From the NCBI GenBank assembly GCA_051942205.1, contig JAVECO010000102.1, positions 1-64,000 of the forward strand: a DNA stretch of 64,000 nt, written 5' to 3'. The notes under the pieces were generated by a model. It saw only the letters and a list, made by a program, of their open reading frames with translations. It was not told where the DNA came from and ran no database searches. The stretch is from Coniocarpon cinnabarinum. Its lineage: Eukaryota. A program made the translations under genes and the position numbers. Below are positions 1 to 12,536 of the stretch, in pieces (position 1 is the stretch's first letter; every line of letters starts with the position of its first letter).

Positions 1-2339
1 CTTATATACCTTAATAATATTATTATCTTTTTTAAGATACTTAAAAAATACTAGAAATATATTAAATAGGTATTATAGTAGCTTAATAAATATAGACTAT
101 AAGTTAACCTTAATAAATATAAATTCTATATTAAAGAAATAGAATTTCTTAAATTTATTATTAAAGGTAATAAAATAAAAATATCTAATAATAAAATTAA
201 AGTAATTATTAAATAGCTAATACTAAAGACTATTAAAGATATTTAGTTATTCTTAGGCTTTAAAAATTTTTATTAATAGTTTATTAAAGAATATTCTAGA
301 GAAGAGAAAGCCTTTATAAAGCTTACTAAAAAAGACGTACCCTTTATATAGAGTAATAATTAATAATAAGCCTTTAATAAACTTAAAGAATAATTTACTA
401 AAGAACTAGTTATACGTACTTTTAACTATAGTAAACTAATTACTATTAAAATAGATATCTCTAACTATACTATTAGAGCTTATCTATTATAAGTAGATAA
501 GAATAGAAAATTATACTCTATTATATATTATTTATAAATACTTACTAAGCCTAAGCTTAACTATAATATCTATAATAAGGAGCTACTAGTAATTATTAAC
601 TTACTTAAGTACTAGAAGATTTATTATATAATTCTAAAATATTAGATTTAAGTTCTTATAGATTATTAAAATCTTATATACTTTATAATAAGTATAATAC
701 TTAATAGATAATTAGTATAATAGATAGAGGAACTTATAAATTTTAATATTAATATTTTCTACTAATCTAGAGCAGATAATATAAAAGTAGACGCTCTTTT
801 CTACTAACTAAATTACCTAAAGAATAAGATATAGGTTTTATATACTATACTTAAAGAAAATCTAGATAGAACACTTTCTAATAACTTAATTAATCTTAAT
901 ACTCTTTTTTAGATTAAATAGTATAATATTATAAAATAACTTTTAAATAGATACTAGAAGAACTCTAAATATAAATATATTAAAAAGATTCTTACTAAAG
1001 ATCCTACTAGTTAACTTCTTAAATACTATAAACTTATCTATATACTAACTTAGATATATAAATTCTTTATTAAGGACTACTATAAATAGGGGCACTAAGG
1101 TATAATAGTAATAGTTAAAAAGATAACTTAAAAATATTTTATTTCTAGCCTATAATATAAGATACAACAAATCTATAATAAATATAATATTTACTTTAGA
1201 TCCTAATAGAATAGATATAAGATCTATAGTAAGCTATAGCCGCTTATATTACTAGATAAGCTATAGTAAATAGTTATAATAGACTCTATTACTAACTTAC
1301 CCTAATTAATTAACCTAAGCAACTTTTCTACCTATAACTTAATTTATATTATTATAGATAAACTTATAAAGTACTTATACTTTATTCTAGTAGTCTTTAT
1401 ATTAATAGTATCTAGATTTATATTTATCTTTCTTAGGCACGTTATATTATAGTATAGGGCACTAGAGTAGATAGTTTTAGATTATAATAAGCTATTTATA
1501 TTATATTTTTAGAGATTACTTATATTACTTACAAAAATTAAAAAAAAGCTTAGTACTTTATTTTACCTATAAATAGATAGCTAAACTAAATAGATAAACT
1601 AAATATTAGAAGAGTTCCTTAGAAAATATATTAATTATTAGTAAAATAATTAGGTATTACTTTTACTACTAGTATAGTTTATATATAACTTAAGCTACTT
1701 GTAACTAACTAAAGAAACTCTATTCTTTATAAATTATAGACTAAACCTAGAACTTATATATAGATTTATTATAGAAAGAAACTTAGCTACTTAAGCTAAG
1801 ATATTATACTATTAACTTTAAGATTTATACTAGATTCTATATATTAAGTATAACTTTTTATAATAAAAGATAAGCTACTATTTTAATTAATAAAGATCTA
1901 AGAGCCTAAATCTAAAGAAGAGAGATATTATCTACCTATAAAGAAAAAATATTAAAATAAAATAGCTAAGCAATAAACTAGACTTTATAAAACTTAGACT
2001 ATTTAAAATTTTAAAGAAACTTAGACCTACAATATATAAGTTATAACTACTAGACTTTATAAAGATATACCCTATATTTTATATCTTACTACTAGAACTA
2101 ACTATAAACTAGGAGATAGTAAAACTAGTATTAATTTATAAGAAGTTATAAGAACCTAAATATAAAGTTAAATTAATACTTAATTACTAACTAATATAAG
2201 AAAAATATAAATACCTTATTAAGTAGAAGAGCTATAATAATAAAGAAAATATATAGAAACTAATTAAAAACCTAACCTACTACTAGGAAATATTATACTA
2301 TTACTAATAATAGTATCTAGATTACTAATACTAGTACTT

Positions 2340-2812
2340 TTAACTAAAAACTTAAACCTATTCCTAGAAGACTAACTAGAACCTAACTATTAAGCTAAAT
2401 TTTTCTTAATCTTTAATAACTTATTTTAATAAGCGTAATTAACACTATTACGCTTAAATTTATCTTACTAACTTGCTATCTTATTCTTTTTTACTAATAT
2501 TCTTAAATATTTGTTATTTTAATAATTTTTAAAGTTAAGCTTTTTATAAATATACTAATACTCTTGCTTACGCTCCTTTTCCTTAATCTAATAACGCTCT
2601 TTAGCTAACTCTTTATGCCTTTCTTAAGTAAAATTAACTGTTATAAAGTTAACTAGGAATAGTTATAATAAACTATACTACTAACTATCTTTAATAGTTA
2701 ACTAAATATTATACTAGACCTTACCCTTCTTATAGTTCTTATAAGTTATATTACTAAGAATTAGTTAATAGAGCTAACTATATTATATATAATAAGAATA
2801 AGTAGGTATTAT
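2340..2812 (-). pseudogene. RIP-mutated antisense ORF in the retrotransposon 3' internal region: Zn(II)2Cys6-like motif plus charged coiled-coil-like segment
   Basis: One minus-strand frame reads tat-x2-tat-x6-tat-x8-tat-x2-tat-x6-tat from 2800 to 2711, then ERHKELAKERY*IKEKERKQE. Its stops are taa/tag, as expected from RIP of caa/cag. The 3' end is approximate. Confidence 0.6.
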
Positions 2813-3044
2813 AATAAAGATTAGACAACTAGTTTATTTAGACCTTTAAATAGCGTAAATAAGAAAACTACTAGAAAGGGTAGAATAAGAAGAAGCTTTT
2901 AATTTTTAGATACTACCTTATATAACGCTATTAGCTATATTCTTATAAGAAGGTATAATAGCTTATAGAAGAAAGTAGGACTAGTACAAATATTTATATT
3001 TTATACTATAGTTATTTAAGACAAATAATCTATAGAGGGGCTAA

Positions 3045-3572
3045 TATTACGCTATACCTAATATAGAATAGAAGGTTATATATATACGCATATAAAGACG
3101 CTAAGGCACTAACCTCTAGAGCATAAAGATACGTTTACCTTCTAGATCTTAGAGTTATATACTACCCCTAAATAGTCTAGTACCTCTAAATTCTTAAACT
3201 CTCTAAAGCTTTTAGACTCTATAATATATTTACTTATACCTTAGTTTATATAGTCTAATAGTAAGCCTACCTTTCTTTTAAGTTTAATATTATTTAAATT
3301 TAGAATTAACCTAACTTATAAGTTATAAACTACTAAACTAATTATTTACTAGTTTATAGTATACCTTACTTTTTTAAATAATATTACTATTATCAGATAA
3401 AGTAATCTTTACTATAGTAGTATATTAGTTACTTTCCTCTATAGCTCTTACTACCTTTATCTCTTTATATTATTCTCTATTATACTCTTCTATAGCAAAG
3501 GTTCTTAGCTCTAGGATAGCCCTACGCCCTCTTGGCTACTTAAGGTGTTAGGCCCTCTATAGAGGCGTTACA
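3045..3572 (+). repeat. 3' LTR of the retrotransposon (about 528 bp)
   Basis: Purine tract agagggg at 3034-3040 (PPT) precedes tattacgc (=TGTTACGC before RIP) at 3045. The segment ends gcgttaca at 3572, an imperfect terminal inverted repeat ending in CA. Confidence 0.7.
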
Positions 3573-4234
3573 TAGGTTTAGGTAAAGTATATATACTAGA
3601 TTAAATAAAAAGACGCTATTTAGTCTAAAGATAGTAATAATAGTAGTATTAGTAGATACTACTAAGACTTTATATACCTCTCTATAGTAGAGGTCTATAA
3701 GCCTAATAGTATTAAGGTTATAAGGTATTAGTAGTAGTTAGGTTATTGTTAAGGTTGCCTAGGGTTAGATCGCTATAATCTATATAGGAGTAGTTTGCCT
3801 TAGTAAATTATAGTAGTAGTATAGGCTTCTTCCTTCTTATACTTATTCTTTTTCTATCTTTTATATTACTATTACCTCTATACTAGGTCTTAATAGATCT
3901 CTAGTTAATTTAACCTTTTAATATATTTTCTTATATTTAGTCTTTTTAACTTCTTTATATATAACGCGCTTATGTATAGTATTCTTTCTTAAGTCCTAAG
4001 CTATCTTTATATTATTGTAGTTCTTTAGACTACTGTCTTATTTTATCGATTCTTAGATATTATGTGAGTTATATTTTTGTGTAATCACATCTTAGCACTG
4101 AGAAGACTATCTATGATTAATAGCCATCATTAATATTTAATATCCATTATTGACGATTTACCGATTCAATATTATAGAGCACAATCCTCAAGTAGGGACC
4201 AAACGCCCTAGAAATGTAAATCCGAACCAATCCT

Positions 4235-4276
4235 ACGTGCAGCTCTACGACGTGCAGCTCTACGACGTGCAGCTCT
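4235..4276. repeat. 15-bp tandem repeat (acgtgcagctctacg) x2.8
   Basis: Directly visible at 4235-4249, 4250-4264 and partially at 4265-4276. Confidence 0.9.
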
Positions 4277-4810
4277 CCACAAGCCCAACGTCATTTCCCA
4301 AATGGAAGAGTTATGACTACATCCCCTGAAAACCAATCATGGCCTTATTTTCGAAATCCCAAGCCGGTATCAGAGTCAAGCACTGTATTGACCACACTCA
4401 CGTCGCGTCAATTCGAAAATGCAAAGACTTGTTTTCAAACTATAAGCGTGTACGAGGAATGAATTGCAATGCACGTCATGACGAGGGAACCTTGTTCAAT
4501 GTCGCATTGAGACCTCACGTGCCATATGTCACCAATTGTGGACGATGGGTTACAAGTCCGCGTTTTGGTTTCGATCTCGGAACGACATACATGTTCCACA
4601 ATTATTCAAACCCGTCGAAAAGCATTTGTCTCAATATGTTGGCGCAAATCGATCTCGAAGCGGGACGTTGGTGCGTCAAGGAAATCAGGTCGATACAAGC
4701 ACCTGGCTAAGGTTAAAAGGAGAGAAATCGGAAGAGCAATACATGACGGGAATTCAAGCGTTGCTCTCGCTCTAAGATAACAGTGCAGTACATACAGAGA
4801 CCTGGACACG

Positions 4811-4845
4811 ACCCAAACCCAAACCCAAACCCAAACCTAAACCCA
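4811..4845. repeat. (cccaaa)n hexamer microsatellite
   Basis: acccaaacccaaacccaaacccaaacctaaaccca. Confidence 0.85.
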
Positions 4846-4890
4846 GACTCTTGCCATAGACTTGAAAAAGTAAAGTCCCAGATTGCCCGC

Positions 4891-4992
4891 AAGAAAAGAA
4901 GAAGAAGAAGAAAAAGAAAAAGGAAAAGAAAAAGAAAAAGAAAAAGAGAAAGAAAAAGAAAAAGAAAAAGAAAAAGAAAAAGAAAAAGAAAA
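4891..4992. repeat. (gaa)n/(gaaaaa)n polypurine microsatellite, about 100 bp
   Basis: Directly visible; it produces the low-complexity EK/KR/FL/FS ORFs in the track. Confidence 0.9.
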
Positions 4993-5831
4993 GGCACCAG
5001 AAGAGGAGGTAAAAAGTGAGGATTCAGTCACAAATTTTATTACCGTCACCCTTAGCTTTGAAGCTTATACGATATGCGCGAACTCTTTCAGTTTACGCGG
5101 ACTAAGACGTCGATGTTATCACCGTTTAATACCTTTAATTTATTGCGTTAAGACACAAGCGTCGCTGTGGATTCAAAAGCATTGGTACTCGACCACTATA
5201 TTACCCGTTTCGACATCTGTCTATGATATAACGTATCGCGTGGCATATCAGATGATTGTCCCTTGAATTAGCCTAATATTCTCTGCTACAGGCTGTGCCC
5301 GCTATTTTAGCAATAGGGCGTGGATGTACGCTAGAATGGTATCGCCTGTTTTCTTTCTAAGTCGAGATTTCTTGTAAAATTGTTTACATTTCAGGACCAG
5401 ATGGGTCAGATCAGATGGGTTAGGTTAGATCTATAAACCTTTGCCCGTTACATCTTTAGTCGTAGCTATAGATAAGTAAGAGCATAGCTATCTTGCCACC
5501 ACCATAATCATCATTAACGTTGCAATACCGTACCGCTTTTTCGACTCTCTCAGGTGACACGCGGCATGCCTCACCCGAATTTCTAACATGCATGCCTCCT
5601 GAGAGTATCTTACATCCCTGCACCAAAAAGTCACGACGCAAAAGGGAAAAGCACGATATACGCATTCAAAATCACAGGTCTGAACATAGCTTTACTAGTG
5701 TATCTATTTTCCGTGACATGACCGAGATGAGTCAATGGCTCAGGTGCAATCACCAAGAATAAGTCTATCCACCAACGCCTTCGCTAAATCTGTATAAATT
5801 TGATGATAAATCACCGTGAGTAGAGATGCGA

Positions 5832-7218
5832 TCATCCCTGCTCGCCGATATGTCGTTCGATTTCAGGCTTCCAAGTACCTGCACATACTCGTCAGCACAC
5901 ACTTGCATCCCCAACAGCTTGAAGGAGTGAGAGAATTTTGAAAGAGTAAAGGAAACGCACCTTCGAAATAATGCTTCACCATCGCTCCCGGATCATCATC
6001 GCCGCCGGCGCCCATAACGCCGACGCCCGGACTAAATGCCGTAATGGGTAGGACGACCACGTCGCCGACTTGGCGAGGCGATGTCATGCCCGTGAATTCG
6101 CGCCAAGTGATAGTCCCGTTGACACTCTTCGCCCCCTCATCCTTCTTCTCGCCCTCGCCCGCATCCGCATCCTTACTGCCCTTCGCAGCGCCACGACCCG
6201 CAAACAACCCCTCCTTCCCCTTTTTGCCCAGCCTTTTCGCCTCCGCCACAGCCAGCCGCGCCTCCTCACTCATCTCAAAAAACTCCGCATCGTTGAAATA
6301 ATCAAACACCGTGTCCGTCCACACCGCCGGTCCCGTAAACTCCATCACATCATTCACATTGTCGTGTTTCAGCTCGCCGGCTCGCTTTTTCTCCAGCGTC
6401 TTCTCCGTGACCGCCGCCACGATCTCGCGCAACACCGGATGTCCCACTTTTGATTGGATCGTCCACTGGCAGAATTGGATGCGGCGACTGTACCACTTGT
6501 CCCAGTCGTCGCGGTCGGGATCCGCCTCGATGCCGATGACGAGCCCGAAGGCGCTGCGACTGACGTGCGCGGGGATCCAGTCGACGGCGCTTTGCAGGGC
6601 GAAGGTGTCGATGTCGGTGTAGATCCCGCCCCGCGCGAGGAGAATGAGATACCGGAAGAAGTCTGCTTTCAGGACCGCACGAGGAAGCGATTCATACGCG
6701 TTCACCACGTCGGGAACCGCCGAGTACAGATGTCGGAGGACGTATTTCGCGTTCTCGTCGGTGAGGACTTCATGCACGAAGTCCGGGTGTCGCTCCGTCC
6801 ACGACGCTTCAAACGGCCGGTACTCGTTCGGGAACCCCCCCTCCGACGGTGTCGTCTTCCACGTCTGCCAAATAAAATTGGGAAATTTCGAAGATGGGTC
6901 GTACGGAAAATAATATGACAGGCGCTGACGAAGGGGCAGGGCGTCGATGTTGGAGAGCGGTTTCTGCTTGGGGTGGCGGTCGCGCATATTGCCCCCCGCA
7001 GGTGGTGCGGGGTTCTTGTCTTCGGAGGAGGTGGTGATGTAGGTTGAGGAGGTTGAGGAGGACAGAGGCGTTTCGCCTGTGTTTTGCATGGAGTGTTGTA
7101 ACTTTGTGCGCGCGGAGCCGAGGGCGGGACTCTTAGAGGGGGTGGCGGCGTGTCGAAGGAGGAGAAAGAGGATGATGAGGAAGAAGGTCAGGGCGAGACC
7201 TCGTTGTCTTGAGCCCAT
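5832..7218 (-). CDS. OCH1: Golgi alpha-1,6-mannosyltransferase Och1 (GT32)
   Basis: N-terminal TM anchor, FPNFIWQTWK, ADFFRYLILLARGGIYTDID (DxD motif), GIEADPDRDDW, QFCQWT. Intron 5879-5960 gives the C-terminus HYFEG|TWKPEIERHIGEQG*. Start placed at MGSRQR (7218). Confidence 0.9.
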
Positions 7219-8361
7219 TTTTGTTGTGTGTGTAATGCGCACCCCTCGGGTGGCGGATGTAGAGGGCAGTCTAGCGATTGGCGGGGACAATGAAAGCGAT
7301 TGTTCTTCCAAGACGTTCTCTAGTCGAGTTGTTCGGTCCAGCCGAGACTTGGCCAGGACATCGACCCGCAGAGGACAGGATCTCAGGACATTGCTTTGGT
7401 CGACGTAAGCCAATAGAGAAGGATGGTCTGGGTGGATGTTGCGGCGTTCCGGAACCTTTCTGAGGTGTTAGAAGGCTATTACTGGTAGCAGACGAGGGGA
7501 ACAATGAGTGGCTGATAGAGATGAAGGGAAGAAAAGCCAGATGCAAGCGAAGTGAGGCGACACTCGCAAGATGTCAGCTTGTAGGACTCTGACGTGAGAT
7601 TGCGGCTAGACTAGCGCTCCCGGCCGGCCGTCACAATTAGAGGGCATGCGGAACAGAGCGTTGCCAAGAGAAAGCTTGGCCTCAATGGCTCTTGGGTAGA
7701 TGACAGCACTCTATTTCCGTCTCGTGTTGGAGTGATGACTGCAAAGCCACCAAGAGAGACAAGAAGAACCCGAGAACACAGAGCAAGGACGAGAATGTTG
7801 GGAGCCTCCCGTCACTCGCCTGGCTTGTTGGCTTCTCGCAACGCATCATCACATTCCCCACGGCCCGCCTGGCCGCGCGTATCAGCCGTCCTTGCACCAC
7901 GCTTGTTTCATCCTCCTTCCTTTTCGTTGTAGCCCTTTGCCCATCCTCGCTTTGCTCTCCCTCACGTGATTAGCGGTACATACTTCATACATGGACTATA
8001 TCGCTCAATCGCAACTCTATGCTTGCTTGCTTGCTTCGTCGACGGTCCTCGTGCGGCACCTCTCCGCTATCTCCACCGCTCGTAGGCACAAGCTCCGTAC
8101 TCGCACCCAGCTTCACACTCATGCCCAACAATCTCCCATTGCAGGGTCCACACCTTGCTTGACGAGATTTGGGTTGCTCTCGTAATGAACGCTTTCCTGT
8201 TTGCATTTTTTGGATTGCCCGCGTCATCCTAGAACACCGCCACTCCGATCGCGCACGTTGTCTTTTTTGTTGCCTCAACGAGCACTCGGCGTGTAGACGG
8301 GAGCTCCTCGTCAAGGAGTATTTTCCAGATTAGCCAGAAGCCGTTGTGGGCTTGCTTTGGT

Positions 8362-11300
8362 TTACCGTCCATGGCTACCGTTGGCATCAGCGTGTAGATT
8401 AGGTCCTGACTGACCATGGCTCCAGAAGTCCAGACTGGCAACCACATCCTCGCCGAACTCGTCTTCGTAGGCATACAGGATCTGTCACAGTGTCAGTAGA
8501 GCTCCATCGCGTCTGTATCTCATCGCAGCTCGAACTTACCTCTCGGTTTGATGAGTGCAACATCCGCACGCTCTTCGCTGTCAGGATGTACACCAGCTCC
8601 CCGTCATCCATGTTGCGAATCTCGATGAAATTAGGCTCAAAGGCAAGGATGTAAGGTTGGTGGATCGCGAATGAATGGGGCGCACCCTCCCATGTGATCT
8701 TCCAGTCATTGAACGTCCGCCAGCCATGCTTATTGACGAAGAACGCAAAGTCGGTGTAGCACAGCAGGAATGCCTGGTTCAGACGCTCGACATGAATGGG
8801 CTTCAGATTTTCCTTGAGGGCAACGAAATCGAGGGATGTGTCCGCTTGATCGAGTAAGGGCTGCGTAACCAGAGTGTCGAGCGTGACGATTTCGAAGCCG
8901 CGAGCACAACCAACACAGAGTGACGAGCGCAGAAAGTGGACTGAGTACGTTTCGGTAGGCACGTAAAACTCCTGCAATCATTGTCAGCTTCATTTCCCAC
9001 GCGCATGACAGGAACAGTCTCACCTTGAATGGCTTCAGCACGTCTTGATTGCCTCCTGCAAACAAATTAGAAAAGCCAGACTTCTTCTTCTGACTCGACA
9101 TTGTTTCCATCGGTTTGTACACTTTGACCGTGGCGGAAAGAGCACTAGTCTTCACGCAGCAGACAAGATGTTGTCCTTCAAAGACACCGATCTTAAAGAA
9201 GTTGCATCCCGAAATCTTCCTACCACGTCGAGACGCAAGAGCGTTGTCGTCAGGCTCAAGCACACTGGTTGAGAACGAGTACAAAGTCTTCTCGTAGAGC
9301 ACTAACAGTATCGAATGCTGTTCAAGAACGTCGACTTGCGATACCGACCGCACGTCTAGAACACGTCTGGGTTTTGACGCCCCTGATCGGCGGTCGACGA
9401 GCCACACACCGGTGTCTGTGCCCACGACAAGCTTCCTGCCGCCATCAATTGGCACTCCACACGTGATACGGGTAGCGTTGTTGAAGAAACCTTCGTTGAC
9501 AATCGTCTTCGTGAAGAGATTCTTGTGGTCTCTCATAGTATCTTGCTGATCATTGACGAGCTTGATCCATTTCTCTCGGTTCGAAGGCGAGGTTGCATAC
9601 AACGTCAATTCGAAAGCGCCTCGGCCAAGGTTTCGGAATGTCAGCGGATGGCCCTGCTGTTGTTTGGCGTCTTGTTTGGGTACATTGATGGGTTCACGAT
9701 TGCGATTGCCAGGTATCAAGCTCGATGACGGCCGCTTCGCTAGTCCCAGCCTTGGTATCACTTCTTCCATTTGATTAATCACGAGTAAGGCTAGAGGTAT
9801 GGGCTTTTTATAGACCCTCAGTTCTTCCTTTTTGTTGGTTGTTTTCGGTCGTACAAAAAGCAGATAGTTGTCAAAAAGATACGTTAGAATTTCGGCATTG
9901 TTGTCAGTCGGTGTCTTCTTCAAAGGCCCCTTGAAGATCAACCGTCGGCCCTCTTCTCTCAGCTTCATATCGTTCCTCTCACCCGGCTTGAAGAAGAGCT
10001 GGGCATCAAGTTGCATCAGATTGAATTTATTCTCCTCTCTTCCTGTGGCTTGATTGACTTTGGAGAGAACTTCTCTGATCCCCGAAATAGCTGCAGGGAG
10101 ATCACGTTTGTCAGGATTGTCATCCGCCGTATACTTCAAGATACTATCGAGAAGTAACGGATATCTTGCCAGTCGAGTCGTAGGCTTCGTGAGGTAGCCA
10201 TTGAGTTCCAGCTTTCGCGACTCTTTCAATCGCTCGGTCTCGTCGGTGAATTTTTTGAAGAATGGATTCTCCTTCTTTTCACGCTCAAAATCATACTTGC
10301 CCCAGAGCTGATTCGCACCGTACCTGATAAAAGGCGGGAAACGAGGCACAAACTCCAACAAGATATCACCTACATTTCGGACAACAGGATGCTGCTGCTG
10401 CCGTCGAGTCAAAGCCTCGGCCAGGCGTAGATTGACTGCATATACTTCGGGAGTGTTGCAAAACACGGTGTGTATGAACTTTTCCCGTTTCGGCTCAGGT
10501 AAAGTCGGCGGCTTGCCAGGGACGACCTTGCGGAGCGGGTTGATCCAAAAATCTTGAAGATACTCAAGGTCCTTGACGAAGTCTCTCTCAGTGTAGCAGA
10601 GTTCGGATATAATTTCTTGTCGCTTTTTCTCGCGGTCGTCAATACTGTCCGCGATTTCTTTCGAGACCGTGTTGATCCAGAGCTTTTGCTCGTCGCCCTG
10701 GTCATCGTGCAAAGATTCGCGACTAGTTGACTTTTGCAATCCCCCAATTTGGGTCTTGTTCATTCGCTTCTGCTGATCAATGCGTTTTGGACATGCGATG
10801 GAATAGCATAGCCTCTCCGGTGTACATGTCGGCGAATAGCATTCTGTCGTGAGCGTGAACACGCCGTTGACCTCGTTGCCGTCTTCCACGATCGTTTCTC
10901 TGAACTGATAAAGTTCACTTTCAGAATCTCGTAACCGATGATCGTATGTCACATCATGGAAGAACTTCTGTGCATCGAGAGACCTTCCAAGCAGAAGAGC
11001 AAGATTCCGATCAGTGGTTTGCATGATGTATGCTATGAGATCGACGGCTTCCGCGCCCGTGAACGAACTTTTGTAGACCAAACCATCCTTTTCCTTGTCA
11101 GTGAGATTGATCCGCTCACGGAATGCCGTCGCGACTCTCGAGAGCAGTGCTGGATACACCAGAGGACTGCGTCTGCGTGGCCGATTATTGGCGCTCGCGT
11201 TCGTCATTGAAGGGCGAGCACTCATACTCATCAGCGAATATGATCTGTCAGGTGTCATTGTCGTGGTCGATGCCATAGACATGGATCTCCCATCATTTGT

Positions 11301-12095
11301 AAAAGTCCGCTGTGTCGAGGTCGTATCAACTGAGGGGCGCGCATCATGTCCATTTGATTCTCGACGACGAGTGGGGATCACCCGACCACTGGGCGTTTGG
11401 GTGAATTCAGAGTCCCTGGCGAACGACGACATGGACATGGTCCGCTCATCGTGTCTTTCTGGTATTGCGCGTCCCTGAGCCGTGGTATGAGACTTGTATG
11501 GCTGCTGTCGGAATGCGTTGGCCGGTGCTGCATTGTAGCTGGGTCCGGTTCTGAAGGGTGGCGGACGTGCGGCAGATGCAAGCGATTGCGATCGGAAGCC
11601 GTCATTGTTGAGAGCAGGTCCTGCAGTCGGTGGATACCCTCGGTTCGGTACAGGTTTTGGAGTTGGTGTCTGAGGATAAGAGGGACGGGGTTCGACGCGT
11701 GGAGGAGGCTGCGGCTGGCGGTTGGGAAGAGGGCCTGATGGATTATAGTTATTCTGATATGTATGCGGCATCGATGGAGCACGTTGACCCAAAGATGGCG
11801 GTGGTGCCATGCCATTCGGGATTTGGTACCCGTTCGGGACCTGACTTTCTCGAGGATATTGTTGATTCGGCCGTGCAGGCGGTACCCTCTGCATCGCAGC
11901 TGCGGTGTTTGCGCCCATCGTTTGCGCTCGATCTTGTGGAACTACTGCTGGTCTCGATCCCATTGTCTGCGTTCGCGATGATGCCGGCGGGCGCTCTTGA
12001 CCAAAGATGAAGCTGTAGTCCTCGCCAACATCCCGACCTGCCGGCCCCGGCGGCGAGGGGAATTGACGAGTCCGTTGGCTACTATATTGTGCCAT
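8362..12095 (-). CDS. ROM2: Rho1 guanine-nucleotide exchange factor Rom2 (DEP, DH, PH, CNH domains)
   Basis: PLVYPALLSRVA...FTGAEAVD (DEP), KRQEIISELCYTERDFVKDL and LTKPTTRLARYPLLL (DH), VYKKPIPL (PH), CNH ending ILYAYEDEFGEDVVASLDFW. Introns 8972-9023 and 8482-8539. Start inferred at MAQYSS. Confidence 0.92.
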
Positions 12096-12536
12096 GAGGT
12101 GTTCGTAGAAAGCATAAGTCCAAAGAGTGACCAAAAGGATTCGCTACCAGGGCTTACGGTCCTCGATCGCACTACTTCCACGTTATGTGGCGCGCGTTGT
12201 TGGAATGAGTCATGAAAAGGAAACGGCCTCAACAAAAGGAAGGGATAGACTGGAGGACAGCTGACGAAAAAGACAATGTGATCGACGGAGTTGAGAGAGA
12301 GTTTGACTTGCGGTCGTCTGCTCGTGCCCTGCACCCGGCAGGGTCCGATAAGACTGACATGCTGGTACGAACGTCGACATCGTGTGGTTTATCTTTCGGT
12401 CTGCTTGACATTCGACAGTCAAGGTCATTCTGTTGGAACTGTCAGCACAACGTGACTGAGGTGCGATAGTTGACGAAACAACGCGCGATTCCACCAGTTT
12501 CTTTTCTTTCAGTCTGCGACACCTACTCTTCTTAAC

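Larger units (their letters stand above)
1..3572 (+). mobile_element. RIP-inactivated Ty3/Gypsy (chromovirus-type) LTR retrotransposon, 3' portion (5' part lies outside the window)
   Basis: Very AT- and TpA-rich. Translation from base 1 gives RIP-altered pol motifs: YLNN (=YLDD, RT) at 7-18; LFLGFKNFY (=SFLGFANFY); IDISNYTIRAYL (=TDASDYAIGA, RNase H); NYNIYNKELL; FYL*IDS*TK*IN (=FHPQTDGQTERTN, integrase); KLRLFKI (=KLGPFKI); IYPIFYILLLE; YKVKLILNY...YLIK*KSYNNKENI*K (chromodomain, about 2160-2275). Confidence 0.95.

Noticed and set aside
4811..4845. Telomere-like repeat
   Set aside because: The unit is cccaaa, not ccctaa, and the run is short and internal.
4713..5266. Poly-EK, KR, FL and FS ORFs
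   Set aside because: They are explained by the microsatellite. The EK frame has no ATG and is closed by TAA at 4871.
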